Below are positions 1 through 12,873 of a stretch of DNA of 64,000 nucleotides, piece after piece. Each line of letters opens with the position of its first letter. Positions within the stretch are counted from its first letter, which is position 1. Below the pieces are notes generated by a model. It was not told the origin of the DNA. It ran no database searches and saw nothing but the letters and a program-made list of their open reading frames with translations. The stretch is taken from the NCBI GenBank assembly GCA_951406725.2, contig OX597821.1, positions 12,028,001 through 12,092,000 of the forward strand, in the 5' to 3' direction. Made by a program: the position numbers and the translations under genes. This DNA comes from Octopus vulgaris (Eukaryota).

Positions 1-3000
1 AATGTGCCCAGCTGAAAGCATGCTATACACCCAGCTGGGTGATAGTGTGAGGTCTACTTAAATGTTAGAAAAACGAGTGATTGGGACACGCTTCTGTTGT
101 CTCTTGCTTGTCAACTTTATATAGACATGCTTTAGTTATGTACTTTTCTGTTTTCTTCTCTTAATATCTATGATCCCCAAAGTTTGACTCACCTCTTACT
201 AATAATTTCGTTTCTATAGTTAGAAGATAGCGTAGTTGTAGCACTGCTTTGGGCCAGTTTAATAAACCATTTGTCCATTTGATCCTTTAAATCCAACACA
301 GAAATTAAGGTTCGTTTTTTTGTCGTTGGAGCTGCGGGCGGTGGTGCTCAGAGTATAGCCTCTTCTTGCTGCCTGCCTGTACAATTTTCATTTCTGGTCC
401 ATTAATCCTATTCACTGCCCAATTTTCATCTCCACTTTTCTTATACATTTGTTCATACAACTGAAAGTGATGAAATCAGAGGTAGCAATTTCATATTATT
501 TTAGACAATAAAAAAAAATGTTTCTATATTTGTGATTAAAGCGATGTAATCTTTTCTTCAGAATAAAAGTCGCTCGCTACTTGACTTTTATGATCATTTA
601 TAATATCTCCACTCTCTCCATGATTATAATTAGCATACTTATCGGTACCTGATTGTTACTTTATGTGAACAAATCCAAAAGGATAAAAGGGAAACTCTAT
701 CCCTGTGGAATTTGAACAGAAAGGAAAGAATCACAAATTACTGAATACCGTAATGAAATACTGAATACCGTAATGAAATTACGGTATTCGTAGCACTACT
801 TATTCAGACTTAAAACCGCATTACTCAGCTTACACACAATCTTTTTGAATACTATAAGGAAGATTATGCATTTACTTCTACATACACTTGAAATTATCCG
901 CAAAAAGGATAAACGAAGGAAATTACCAATATTTAACTTACCCCCTGGGATTGTTGTTTCAACATGTCTGCGTTCTTGAACAAGATGCTAATCGTAATTC
1001 TAGAAATGTGTTTTGTGGCTTTTTAGTTACATCTACAATCAGTTAACGTAGTGCACAAAATAGAATAGTAATTAGTTAAACAAACAATAGGCTTGGTATG
1101 TCTTCCTAAATTATATTTGAAGTAATTATTGTTGTTTTCATAAATTGTTTTTAATTAATTAATCCATTTTAATTAATTATTTATTTAATTAATTAATTTC
1201 AATTAATTAATAATCAATTTTCTTAAATTAATTTACTCAGCAATATTTAATAAACCATTATAACAAGTTTTTGATTAACGAAGATAGAATCAGGGTTCTA
1301 AACTCTTCTTTATAAATGAATTCTATCATATATACAACTAAATTTTAAAAATATGATAATGCATATATAAATTTACAATATAATAACTTCTCCTAAATTT
1401 CTTTAGGAGTGTTAGATAATTAATATCAACAACATTTGCAAATATTTATTTTATTAATCCCTCAGATTCAACGTTTCTAAAGATTTTTCATGCTATGTTA
1501 CTGTTAAATGTACTACTAAATTAGATTCAGAAAGAACTGGTTTTCTATGTCGACCTCATCATTTTTTATATCCGAAAGTTTATCTCATCTTCATAAGTTT
1601 CTTGTCCCAGTTACTTAGTTGTTTTATGCACGTTTGCTTTCCTCCCTTGATCACGTACAAACATTTATAATATTGTTGATCATTGCTCTCATACCTAAAT
1701 TTAACCTCTTTCGCTCATCGCAAAACGCAACTATACATAATTCCATGGTCATACTTCCGTCGAATTTTCTTCTTTTATTCCCTGTATTAAAAATACTTAT
1801 CAAATGAAGTCTTTCTACGAATACTCTCCCCTTAATTTTTGTTACCTCTTGTAAGAAAAGCTTAAACACAAGTAGTTTCTTTGCTCGAAATTCTGTTTTA
1901 TGGAAGAATCTTTCTTATTATTTACCAAATAAAATAAATCTTAATTTTTCACATCTTGCACAAATAATTTTATCATTTTTAGCTCAGCTTATTTTTATAT
2001 TTTTCTCAAATATTTTTGTTCCTTTTCCTTTGGTAACTCCAAAATAACAAAATGGTTAGAACAAGCCTGCTTACTATTGGCTGCTTGCTATGTTGCTGAT
2101 TGGGATTTCCAAGAAATGAATAAAACAAAAATAAAATACACTACCAACCTGAAAATGGGGAAAGACTAGTCTGTAAAAATGTTACTACCGCAAGGTATAT
2201 TCGTCTTCCGTTCGACATTCTCATACTGTCAATCCATAACGCTTAATCGACAAATTAAAAAAAAAATTAAGTGAGCGAGAGTTGAATGGTACACTGACTC
2301 AGAAAAGGAAAGGGGATGAATGAGCTGGGTGGAGCAGATATTATAAAGGATAGGGAAGGATAGATTATTGAAGAGCGAAGGTGGAATTTATTAGTTGGGA
2401 GAAATGTTATTTTAAATTATGGAATTAGTTGCCATAAAATGGCCGATTAAGCAGAGGTTGAAAATATGATAAAGAGACGTGGTTGTCTGATGAAAGGAGG
2501 AGAGAAGTGGGGTGATGAAAAATTATGAGGGAAAATGTGACAGCTTCATTAAGGGAGGAGAAATGACTTGTAGAGTAAATGACTTTTATAGTGTAGGTGG
2601 AGAATTAAATTCTGTAGAAAGGAAACTTGAATGAAAAGGATATCCATTATTAGGTGGGTTTATGAAGGGATGCAGCGAGTGGAATAAAATATGACAAAGT
2701 AAGATGAAGAATATAAAAACAAAACATTTAATACGTACATAAAATACATAATACTAAAAATGTGTACATAATATATAAAATGAAATAATATACAAAATAC
2801 AATAAAAAATAACATAAGAAATTTATATATCACTAAGTCTAGATATATAATGGCGTATTAAATAAAATTAGATATAAAATTTCGACATAAAAGTTTTATA
2901 CAAAATAAACATTAAAATCTAAAATATAATTTTCAAAAACATGTGTAACAAAAAATCAAACAAAACCAAATAGAATCTTCCAAATTTGTTATAACAATTT

Positions 3001-3202
3001 ATTAACTATAACTATACGTTCGACGCCCTATTTTATTTCTACTTCTTATCTACAGTAACGATAAAATAAAACAAATCTACCATAAATGTAGCGTGAAAAT
3101 AAATTTATTACCTTCGACATTCGTGTGAACATTAGTGATGATCTAGTTATATTACTGCTTTCCATTACATATTTCTTTATTATTCTTATAGACGAATACA
3201 AG

Positions 3203-4270
3203 ACGGCAAGCTGACAGAATAGTTAATACGCCGGACAAAATGCTTCTGCGTTCTAAGTTCAAATTCTCCCGTAGACGACTTCAACTTCCATCCTTTTCGG
3301 GATTGATAACATAAGTACAAGTTGATCTCTAGGGTCGATATAATGGACTAGCTCCACCCTTCCAAAAGTAAATGCTTTGTGTCTATAGTAGCATTATTAT
3401 AGACGGAAGAAAAGAGACAAGCTGGCAGTATCTTTAGCACACTAGGCAAAATTCTTAAAATATCTGTCTTTTGGTTCCGAGTTCAAGTCCGCTAAGGTTG
3501 ACAGTAGGTTACGTCCTTTTGGGGCTCGGTAAAATAGGCAGAACTTTGTCACTGATATCGATGTAATCGACTGCCCCACGTCTTAAAATCTCGTTCCAAA
3601 ATGATTATTAGAGAGGGACGATTGATACAAGCGCTAAGACTAGGAAGAAATAATTTGTGGTATTTCACCTGCATCTTTAGATAGTTAGTCCTAATACGAT
3701 CGAGGTCAAATTTGCCTTCATCATTTTAGGGTCGATCAATGGCCCAGTCGTTAGGGCAGTGGACTCGCGGTCGTAGGATCGCGGTTTCGATTCCCAGACC
3801 GGGCGTTGTAAGTGTTTATTGAGCGAAAACACATAAAAAAAGATCCACGAGGCTCCGGCAGGGATGGTGGTGATCCCTGCTGTACTCTGTCACCACAACT
3901 TTCTCTCACTCTTACTTCCTGTTTCTGTTGTACCTGTATTTCAAAGGGCCGGCCTTGTCACTCTCTGTGTCACGCTGAATATCCCCGAGAACTACGTTAA
4001 GGGTACATGTGTCTGTGGAGTGCTCAGCCACTTACACGTTAATTTCACGAGCAGGCTGTTCCGTTGATCGGATCAACCGGAACACTCATCGTCGTAACCG
4101 ATGGAGTGCTTCCAGGGTCAATCAAATAAAGTAGCACTCAAATACCGGATTAGATGGCACTAAAAATAACTGACATTTTACCTAAAAGAAAATACCAGTC
4201 ATGCATTAGGGTCGATATCATCTCATTATCTTCAATAGAGTAAAACTTAGTGGTGTTTGACGAACGTCAG
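3203..4270 (+). mobile_element. Head-to-tail array of about three degenerate SINE family A copies; the last is interrupted by a family B SINE
   Basis: Repeated degenerate matches to family A (best copy 52484-52718): heads 'gacggcaagctgacagaa' (~3203) and 'gacaagctggcagta' (~3416), B-box-like 'gttcaaattc'/'gagttcaagtcc', cores 'ttccatccttttcgggattgataa' and 'tttgccttcatcattttagggtcgat'. Boundaries are approximate. Confidence 0.7.
3740..4113 (+). mobile_element. tRNA-derived SINE, family B
   Basis: A-box 'tggcccagtcgttagg' and B-box 'ggtttcgattccc'. Near-identical to 12543-12873 and 38852-39186. Flanked by a 12-bp TSD with one mismatch (agggtcgatcaa 3728-3739 / agggtcaatcaa 4114-4125). Confidence 0.9.
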
Positions 4271-4739
4271 AAACAATTATTATGGACTGAATATTGACAG
4301 AACACCAATTATTCGCAGGGTGTCAATTATGACGCAACAAAAAAGTATAATTATTGTACACTCGGATGAGAACTAATCGCTTTCTCTACTACATATTTCG
4401 AGATAAAAGATGATCCGAGATTTCTATATGTTTTGTTTGCATAGAATATTAAATTACCACTTAGAGAGCAACTTAGATGAAATGTAATTAGCATAAAGTA
4501 CTTTACAGACACGTAGAACCAACAGAAAGTTAATTAAGTAATTATCTATCAGCATTTAAATATTAACATGTGCAACAGCATTTTGAATATTGTCCGGTCC
4601 AATTTCTTCTGTATTTCGCCTAGTGTAGCTGAAACCGATACGAGTAATACATTAGGTTCCAAATTCTTATAATATCCCTTCTTTAGCAAACTATCATGCA
4701 ACGCATGAAACCGTTTATACAGAAACATACACACGTACA

Positions 4740-4994
4740 CGATGGTTGTCTCTTGTAGTCCGAGAAAGACGGCTCAACAATTTCTAGCTGGACAAATCTG
4801 AAAAATGATTTCTCTTTAGGGATCAAATCTTTGTGCTGTACTGTTGATCCCTCCGTCCATGAAAAATCGATGTTGCTTGAACAGGTGCACGGTGTACCAC
4901 CTGTCAGATGTCGAAACGATCGTAGAGCAACGTAAATAAAATGTTATGCTCAACTACACATTTCAAAACATTAACCACTAGGCTATGCGCCTTC
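4740..4994 (-). mobile_element. Degenerate tRNA-headed SINE with a family D-like head
   Basis: Minus strand begins 'gaaggcgcatagcctagtggttaa' (A-box), followed by 'ttgagcataacattttatttacgttgctc', which resembles 'aagcaacacactttatttcacgttgctc' of family D. The B-box region is missing. Confidence 0.55.
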
Positions 4995-5066
4995 GTACGC
5001 ACACATGCACACACAAACACACACACACACACGCGCACGCGCACAAACAGACGCACACAAATACAC

Positions 5067-5154
<88 letters not shown>

Positions 5155-5163
5155 GTGTAATGT

Positions 5164-5402
5164 GAAGGTGCAATGGCCCAGTGGTTGGGGTAGCGGACTC
5201 GCGGTCAGAGGATCGCGGTTTCGATTCCCAGGCCGGGCGTTGTGTGTATTTATGGAGCGAAAGCACTTAAAAGGCTCCACGAGGCTCCGGCTGGGGGTAG
5301 TGGCGACCTCTATTGTATTCTTTCGCCCCAGCCTTCTCTCACTCTCTCTTCTTGTTTCTTGAGTAACGCTGCGATGGACTGGCGTCCCGTCCAGCTGGGG
5401 GA

Positions 5403-5403
<1 letters not shown>
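5164..5403 (+). mobile_element. tRNA-derived SINE with a family B head and a different 3' domain
   Basis: The first ~190 nt align to family B ('tggcccagtggttggggtagcggactcgcggtc...gtttcgattccca...gctccacgaggctccgg'). The sequence then diverges to 'gctgcgatggactggcgtcccgtccagctgggg' and runs into (CA)n. Confidence 0.85.
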
Positions 5404-5435
<32 letters not shown>

Positions 5436-6954
5436 CATATATATATACAGCGGACATACATTCGTAAAGAAAAAAAGCTTATAGTTGTGAGTCTCATCAG
5501 AAAGGTTTCACTCGCATCTATAGACAGAAGTTGAAAAACAAAAATATAGGAGTTATTTACTATATTTCCACTCATCCAGAAACCGACTGTTTTCAAGATA
5601 TTTTCATTGAGTACTCATCTAAATTACAAATTTTATTTTGTAATTACACTTGCAGTCTTTAAACGTCAGTTATCATAATTTAACAAAACCTTCTCATTCA
5701 TAAGCTAACACTGAACACGCTGTATTTTCACTTGAATTATCATCCTACTCTGTTTATGAATATGATTCAGTTCTTAATATCAATTATGAGTAATAATAAA
5801 TGAGAGAAAATATGATTTTTATTATCGTTCGTTGGTAGTTTTAATCATCTTTGTACAAATCAGATTTATGGATCATTCGACCAAATGACCTTTTGCTTGT
5901 GCACACACGCACACACACACACAGACACACACACACAAACACACACACAGAGACACACACACAAACACACACACGCACGCACACATACATACATACATAC
6001 ATACATACATACATACATACATACATACATACATACATACATACATACATACATACATACATACATACATAATATAACCTAACGTATACTCTAAAAATTG
6101 TGCCAAATATCGATTAGAATAAGTCAACTCTTGTAAACTTTAAACTTAGAATAATTGGCGTCGCTCATTGAGACGTAATTATTAAATTTAATATTTGCGT
6201 CAAACGCAGATGTTTTTGGAAAGGTGTAGACGATGTAATGGAACCATTTCTAAAAGGCTGGAAATTGTAGGAATATAATGGGATAAATGCGATAAACGAG
6301 AAATCACAAATCAGGTGAAATGGCTAGCAGACGTAAAGGGAAATATCAAGAGACCACAACATATTTTTGAAGCCCTAGAATTCTCTTTTCACTTTAATCT
6401 CTTAGAAGAGAAGGGCACGGCTTATGATTATTTACAGGATTTTTCAGAGTCTGGTTGAAAAAAATCAGCAAACAAAAGGCCTTCCTCGAATGCAAACAAC
6501 GGAATAGAAAGCACTGAAAATATCCGAGTTCTGGCTTCGAAGCAGGTAATGACGTAATTGTACTACGCAGCTCAACAGCGCAGTTTGAATTGTATAACAA
6601 AGTGAGTCTCAAAATTTACTCCAGGCTTCCCGCCTAATATTATTACGTTTCAGTTAGTCTACTAGCATCTACTGGGACTTTATATTGAAGCAACTGAATA
6701 GTAAAAGCAGAGGTTGTTCTCGGTGATATTTGAAATGAGAGCTCAATGATTTGAATATATAACCTTCGTTATTTAGGTCGACGACTTCATGACATTGTCT
6801 GTTCACTGCTCCTTTTCAAATTAACCTTAACGGAATGTCATATTAAAGATTGGTAAATGTTCGCATATTGGTGCAGAACGAGTATAGTAGATTAAAACTA
6901 GAACAAGTATAACTCTGTTACAACTCTATCGAGTTATTATTATTTTAGAACTTA

Positions 6955-7347
6955 CTAGCAGTATCGCCCGGCGTTGCTCGGGTTTGTAAGGGAAATAACT
7001 ATATAAGCATTTTTAGAGATGTAAAGTATAATAGCCATCTCAATATGGCTAACCACAAAGGGGGTGTTACTGTAGCTTTTTACGTTCTGAGATTTAATAA
7101 TAAATGTTTAGAGAGTTACTTCCCTTATACATGCCAAAAATGCATTAAAAATGGGAAAAATTGATGGTAATTTTTTTTTAAATCGTAGACTCATCGTAGA
7201 CACGCGCTAATACCCAGAAGGGTTCGATATGAATCACTACTATAAGATACCCGGTTTTGGTTAAACTGCACCGCAAAATGTGGGAGTAGTTAGGAATCTA
7301 AATCGTAGGAGACAGACAGCACACAACCTCTCTTTTATATATAAAGA
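6955..7347 (-). mobile_element. Non-autonomous Helitron
   Basis: The minus strand starts with 5'-TC (TCTTTATATATAAAAG) and ends with the hairpin CCCGAGCAACGCCGGG followed 8 nt later by CTAG-3'. It is inserted between A and T with no TSD. These are the canonical Helitron terminal hallmarks. Confidence 0.85.
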
Positions 7348-7354
7348 TAAATGT

Positions 7355-7795
7355 GGTGAACTGGCAGAACTGTCAGCACACCTGCCGAAAAGCTTAGCGG
7401 TATTTCGTCCATTTTTACGTTTAACTTCAAATTCCGCCGGGGTCGACTTTGCCTTTCATTCCTACGGGTTCGATAAAATAAGTACCAGTGAAAAGCTGCG
7501 GTCGATATAATCGACTAGACCTGTCCCCACAAAATTCCAGGCCTTTAATAGAAAATATTATTTTAGAAGTTATTAAGGAGGTGATCTGTCAGAATTGTTA
7601 GCACGCCTGCCAAAATATTAAGCGGCATTTTGCTCGTTTTTAGGCCCAGAGTTGAAAACCCGCTGAGGTGGACTTTATCTTTTATTCTTCCGAGATGGAT
7701 AAAATAAGTACCTGTTGAGAACTAGGGTCGATGTAATCGACTGCAATATCCCTCAAAATTGCTGGCTTTGTGCCAAATTAAGAAAGGAATATTAT
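7355..7795 (+). mobile_element. Two tandem SINE family A copies
   Basis: First copy 'ggtgaactggcagaa...ttcaaattccgccggggtcgactttgcctttcattcctacgggttcgataaaataagtacc'. Second copy 'ggtgatctgtcagaa...gagttgaaaacccgctgaggtggacttt...gataaaataagtacc'. Confidence 0.85.
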
Positions 7796-8670
7796 ATAAT
7801 TTACGAAAGTATTCAGAAGGTATACCTGTTGACTGGTATCTGAACATCTACAAACATCTGATTAAGGGAAGCGACCACCCTGAGTATTATCACTTTAGCT
7901 ATGGTAGTGGTATCGATGATGTTAGCATTGGTGCTCTTAAATCTTCGTATTAACAGGCTGAATGGATTTTCGTAGAAGTCGACCGGTTGGCTGGCATTGT
8001 GCATTCAATTAGGATTCATAACTTGATATGCTCCCCAAACACAATCTAGCATTGAAGCAAACTAGTTAACTAATATCACCGTGGCAATTAGAATACAGAG
8101 AGATTGTAGAAGCGGGGATGTAGTTGAGGAGAAATATCATAGTCAAAAGCGTTGGCAGAGAAGCAGCAAAAGAGCTTCTTCATTAGTTTATGGTTTTAGG
8201 GAATTTCGGATGCAGCAGCGAGAAGAAAATTATGTTTTGAATAAGACTGATTAGATAAACAGATCAGATACAGATGGGTAACTTTTGGGAAACTAAGAAC
8301 ATTCTCTTGCCAATTGCACGATGAGTGATAAATAATATGCTTAAGGCAAAAATGGCCACGTTTGTTAGTAAATATGAGTACTTGTTTCTGTGCATACGTG
8401 TGTGGGTGTGTGTGTGCGCATGTAGATGTAAGTCTGTGTGCATGTGTGCGTCTGCGTATGTCTGTATGTCCGTTGATGATTTTGGTCTCGCATATATGGA
8501 CGTCTTCCTGTGTCTTACGTATGTGTTTTTATAAAGCAATAACGGTGTGTGTTATGCATACGTGTGAGCATTTAAATACACATACACACACATATACATG
8601 CACATATATATATGTATATATGCATATATATATATATATGCATATACATGCTTATATATGTATGTATGTA

Positions 8671-8703
<33 letters not shown>

Positions 8704-8776
8704 TCACACACACATATATAGTTTAAATATATGTACATGCATATTATATACCTGTAGATGGATAGCTGGATAGATT

Positions 8777-8846
<70 letters not shown>

Positions 8847-8847
8847 T

Positions 8848-8912
<65 letters not shown>

Positions 8913-9256
8913 CAGCTTGAAAGATACTGATGTTTAACGTATCTGGGTAAAGTGAGTGTGTAGAATCTTGTGTTAAATCATGTGCGTGTAATTTTCAGTG
9001 CGTGAATGTGTTGTAAAATGGTTTTATTTAATGAACAAACTCTTTAGAGACTATTTCCCTTCTGGGTGTCTGAAATAAACGGGAGCTGAACTATTGAGCT
9101 TCAGATAACTATCTATTGAATACAGACGATGTGTTCTGTTGTCCCTTATTGGCAGATATTTTGGTGCTACCCCAGAAAGATAAGGTCGCCACCCCACAGT
9201 TGATAGTTGAGCGTTTTACTGTGTTGCGTTTATAGAAAGTTAGAAGAGGAATAATT

Positions 9257-9630
9257 GATGTGGGAGTGGCTGTGTGGTAAGTTACCTGCTTACGAACCAC
9301 ATGTTTCCGGGTTCAGTCCCACTGCGTGGCACCTTGCGCAGATGTCTTCTACTATAGCCTCAAGCCGACCAAAGCCTTGTGAGTGGATTTGGTGGACGGA
9401 AACTGAAAGAAGTCCATCGTATATATGTATATATGCATGTATGTGTATGTTTGTGTGTCTGTGCTTGTTCCACAAACATCACTTACGTCCCCGTAACCTA
9501 GCTGTTCGGCAAAAGTGACCGATTGAATAAGTACTGGGCTTTCAAAAAAATAAGTCCTAGGGTGGATTTGCTCGACTAAAGGCGGTGCTCCAGCATGGCA
9601 ACAGTCAAATGAAACAAGTAATTGAAAGTA
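9257..9630 (+). mobile_element. tRNA-derived SINE, family C
   Basis: Head 'ggagtggctgtgtggtaag...ccgggttcagtcccactgcgtggcacc', an internal (TA/TG) microsatellite, and tail 'ggcggtgctccagcatggc...gaaacaagta'. It is the reverse complement of the 50203-50610 copy. Confidence 0.9.
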
Positions 9631-9699
9631 ATAGATATATTTGTAGTAGTGATAATGGTTATCTTTTAGTTGTCTTTATTGATGTTGGTAGTAAGGTGA

Positions 9700-10035
9700 A
9701 GGCGCATGACTCAGTGGTTAGAGCGTCGCGGTTACGATCGTGAGGTTGTGAGTTCGAATCCCGGACCTGTTCGCGTGTTGTGTTCTGAAGCAACACACTT
9801 TATTTCACGTTGCTCCAGTTCTCTCAGGTGCAGCAATGAGTTGCGACGCCACAGGTGCTAAGCTGTGTCAGTCTTTGCCTTTCCTTTGGATAACACTGGT
9901 GGCGTGGGAAGGGGAGGCCCGTATGCATGAGCGACTGCTGGTCTTCTATAAACAACCTTGCCCGGACTTGTGCCGGGGGGGGGGGTATCTTTCTAGATGC
10001 AATTCCACAGTCAGTTATGACCGAAGGGGGTCTAA
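9700..10035 (+). mobile_element. tRNA-derived SINE, family D
   Basis: A-box 'tgactcagtggttagagc' and B-box 'gagttcgaatccc'. Homologous to 17335-17678 on the opposite strand. Possible 7-bp TSD aaggtga (9693-9699 / 10040-10046). Confidence 0.85.
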
Positions 10036-10154
10036 AAAAAAGGTGATAGCATGGGTTGGTATTAATAGCGTCGTGCTAATTACGAAAAGAATATGAAGAA
10101 ACTGTGAAGTAGATAAAAAGGGTCAGCGATATAATGTATCTGCTTTTGCAACTC

Positions 10155-10186
<32 letters not shown>

Positions 10187-10486
10187 TGCGTGTGTGTTTC
10201 TAGGACTGACTGTATGTAAATGGTTCATGTAAGTTAGATACGATATAAAAAAATAAAGCAGTGAAAACATTTTTTTTTAATTGTAAAAGCGTGAATGGAA
10301 TAATATAAAAGAGGCTTGAGTTAAACCACTATTAGTCCTTCTCCTCTGCCTCTCTCTCTCCCTCTGCCTAACATATTGTATGCGTGTATGTGAGTGTTTG
10401 TGTGTTTGTACGTGTGTATGTATGTATGTGTACATATATATACATACACTTGCGTATATCTATGTATTTATACATAGGTATATACA

Positions 10487-10526
<40 letters not shown>

Positions 10527-10528
10527 CA

Positions 10529-10567
<39 letters not shown>

Positions 10568-10683
10568 TATGTATATATAATTAATGACTGATAAAGGAAG
10601 GGAAATCCCTGTCCTATATAGCCGTTTCGCGATTTCGAATCTTGGTGTAGACACCTTAATTCTCATTAGCGGCTCTTAATGTA

Positions 10684-10733
<50 letters not shown>

Positions 10734-10778
10734 ATACTCAGATACATACATATATACATACACACAAATACACACACA

Positions 10779-10873
<95 letters not shown>

Positions 10874-12127
10874 GTATGTATATATGCACTTAAAAACATG
10901 AATACGTGATTAATGAATATGCTTACGAGGCAGGTAATACTATGTATAAACGATGCACTTGCCTTGTTGACTTTCATTGGTATTTATATGATAAATATTT
11001 GAGACAATTTCTGAAGAGAATGTGCATACCTCTGTTAAAGATACGTAAATTTAAGACAACCTGACAATGATCAAAGCACATTTAATTAATCCGGATTGGT
11101 AAGAAAGATTTTAATATTTCCCTTCGCTACATTTTGCCTTATCACCGTGTATGCCATCTTCATAAGATGATACTTGAAGTTATTTAACAAACAGGTAATA
11201 AAGCAAAACTATCAACAATATACGGAATCTGACGTGAAATCTTTCTTCGAGTATTGTTACCTTAAGGTATACACATCTTTTGTGATGCTGCCAGTGTACT
11301 CCATTCCCGCATAGGGAATAAATTAGTACAACATATCTGTAGGTATTTCGCCGCCTTCCACCAAGGGAGGCAATAAAACTTCCATAAAACCGCACGAGAT
11401 TTGTTGAGTTAGATGTTGCAACTATGTGCGACATATTTCTACCACCTCGATTTCGTTCTTGTACCATTTGTACCATTTCTCCTATATCTCGAACCAGATG
11501 TAATGTCTTACTTCTGAGCAGTTTCCGACGATATACTGAAGACGCTTTTTGAATTTTTCTTTGCCCTTTTTATACTAATTAGCACTGAGTGAAACTTGGT
11601 TGCAACAAACATCTAACTCTACATGAAGAAAAGTCGAAGAGTTCATGAAATGGTTACTCCACATAAACATTAAATCGTAGTAGTGTGTTTAAAAGAATCC
11701 TTTAGAAACAGAGGGACAATTCACAATCATTGTTACATTTTTGAGTGACTTTGATGTCTACAATGAAATATAAATCTGGTCATGCTTTGCATAAAACGTA
11801 CTCTTTCAAAAGTATTTGTCATTAGAACAAAGAAATAGTGATAGGTAGGTTGCATATCGGTAGGGTCGATTTATGTCCATTCTGTTTCATTTTAATGAGT
11901 TAATCGATTGTTCAGTATTGATGACTGAAATTTAAACGACCAGCACTAATAAACTACGCAATTATATTTGAAACAAAATTTGTGGCTATTATTGCAATTA
12001 ACGCACCAGCTACAATATTCCGGCACACCTAACGTGAATACTAGACATAATACACTTACAAATATTCCATAGATTTCCACTGATGTATTTCATAGAATTG
12101 TGCCGATGCGTATTATAAAAGTACGTA

Positions 12128-12315
12128 AGGCGGCGAGCTGGCAGAAACGTCAGCACGCCGGGCGAAATGCCGAGGTCGACTTTGCCTTTCATCCTTTCGG
12201 GGTCGATAAATTAAGTACCAGTTACGCACTGGAGTCGATATAACCGACATAATCCGTATGTCTCTCCTTGCTTGTCCTCTCTGTGTTTAGCCCCTTGTGG
12301 GTAGTAAAGAAATAG
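12128..12315 (+). mobile_element. SINE family A copy with an internal deletion
   Basis: 'ggcggcgagctggcagaaacg...gcgaaatgc|cgaggtcgactttgcc' lacks ~45 nt including the B-box relative to the 52484 copy. Perfect 14-bp TSD gtattataaaagta (12110-12123 / 12316-12329). Confidence 0.9.
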
Positions 12316-12542
12316 GTATTATAAAAGTATAACTACCCCGTCTATCACCCTATTTTCACCTCTCTGTCTCTCTGTCTCTCTCACTCTCTCTCTCTCTCTC
12401 TTTCTGTTTACATACATACATAGATATATCTGGATATACAAATATCACACACATAATGACATACACACACAATAAGACACTCATACACACATATGAATAT
12501 GGATTCATACTGCCAAATTGAGAGGCTCAATACATTGAATAT

Positions 12543-12873
12543 TTCGATTCCCAGACCGGGCGTTGTGAATGTTTATTGAGCGAAAACACCTAAAAAAAGG
12601 TCCACGAGGCTCCGGCAGGGATGGTGGTGATCCCTGCTGTACTCTTTCACCACAACTTTCTCTCACTCTTACTTCCTGTTTCTATTGTACCTGTATTTCA
12701 AAGGGCCGGCCTTGTCACTCTCTGTGTCACGCTGAATATCCCCGATAACTACGTTAAGGGAACACGTGTCTGTGGAGTGCTCAGCCACTTGCACGTTAAT
12801 TTCACAGCAGGTTGTTCCGTTGATCGGATCAGCCGGAACCCTTGTCGTCGTAACCGACGGAGTGCTTCCATCC
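12543..12873 (+). mobile_element. 5'-truncated SINE family B
   Basis: Starts within the B-box ('ttcgattcccagaccgggc') and aligns to 3785-4113. 11-bp TSD acattgaatat (12532-12542 / 12874-12884). Confidence 0.9.

Noticed and set aside
1590-2000. Possible decayed LINE ORF1 (minus strand, 'EVTKIKGRV...QGRK')
   Set aside because: Only faint resemblance and no intact zinc-knuckle motif; it needs a profile search to be called.
4871-4930. GTTGCTT...GAAACGATCGTA-GAGCAAC resembling a hammerhead 3' half
   Set aside because: No CUGANGA core after the stem I strand, and it lies antisense within a SINE.
5488-5515. Minus-strand GAGT-GAAAC-CTTT-CTGATGA-GACTC
   Set aside because: Both core words are present, but no credible stem I or III or cleavage strand could be paired.
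9700-9775. tRNA genes at the SINE heads (also 3740, 5164 and 39120-39186)
   Set aside because: A and B boxes are present but the acceptor stems do not pair, and each continues into a multi-copy SINE body.
11050-11620. Possible decayed Penelope RT/GIY-YIG coding remnant ('ILPY', 'VYSIP', 'LSETW')
   Set aside because: The motifs are too short and frameshifted to support without a tBLASTn or HMM search.
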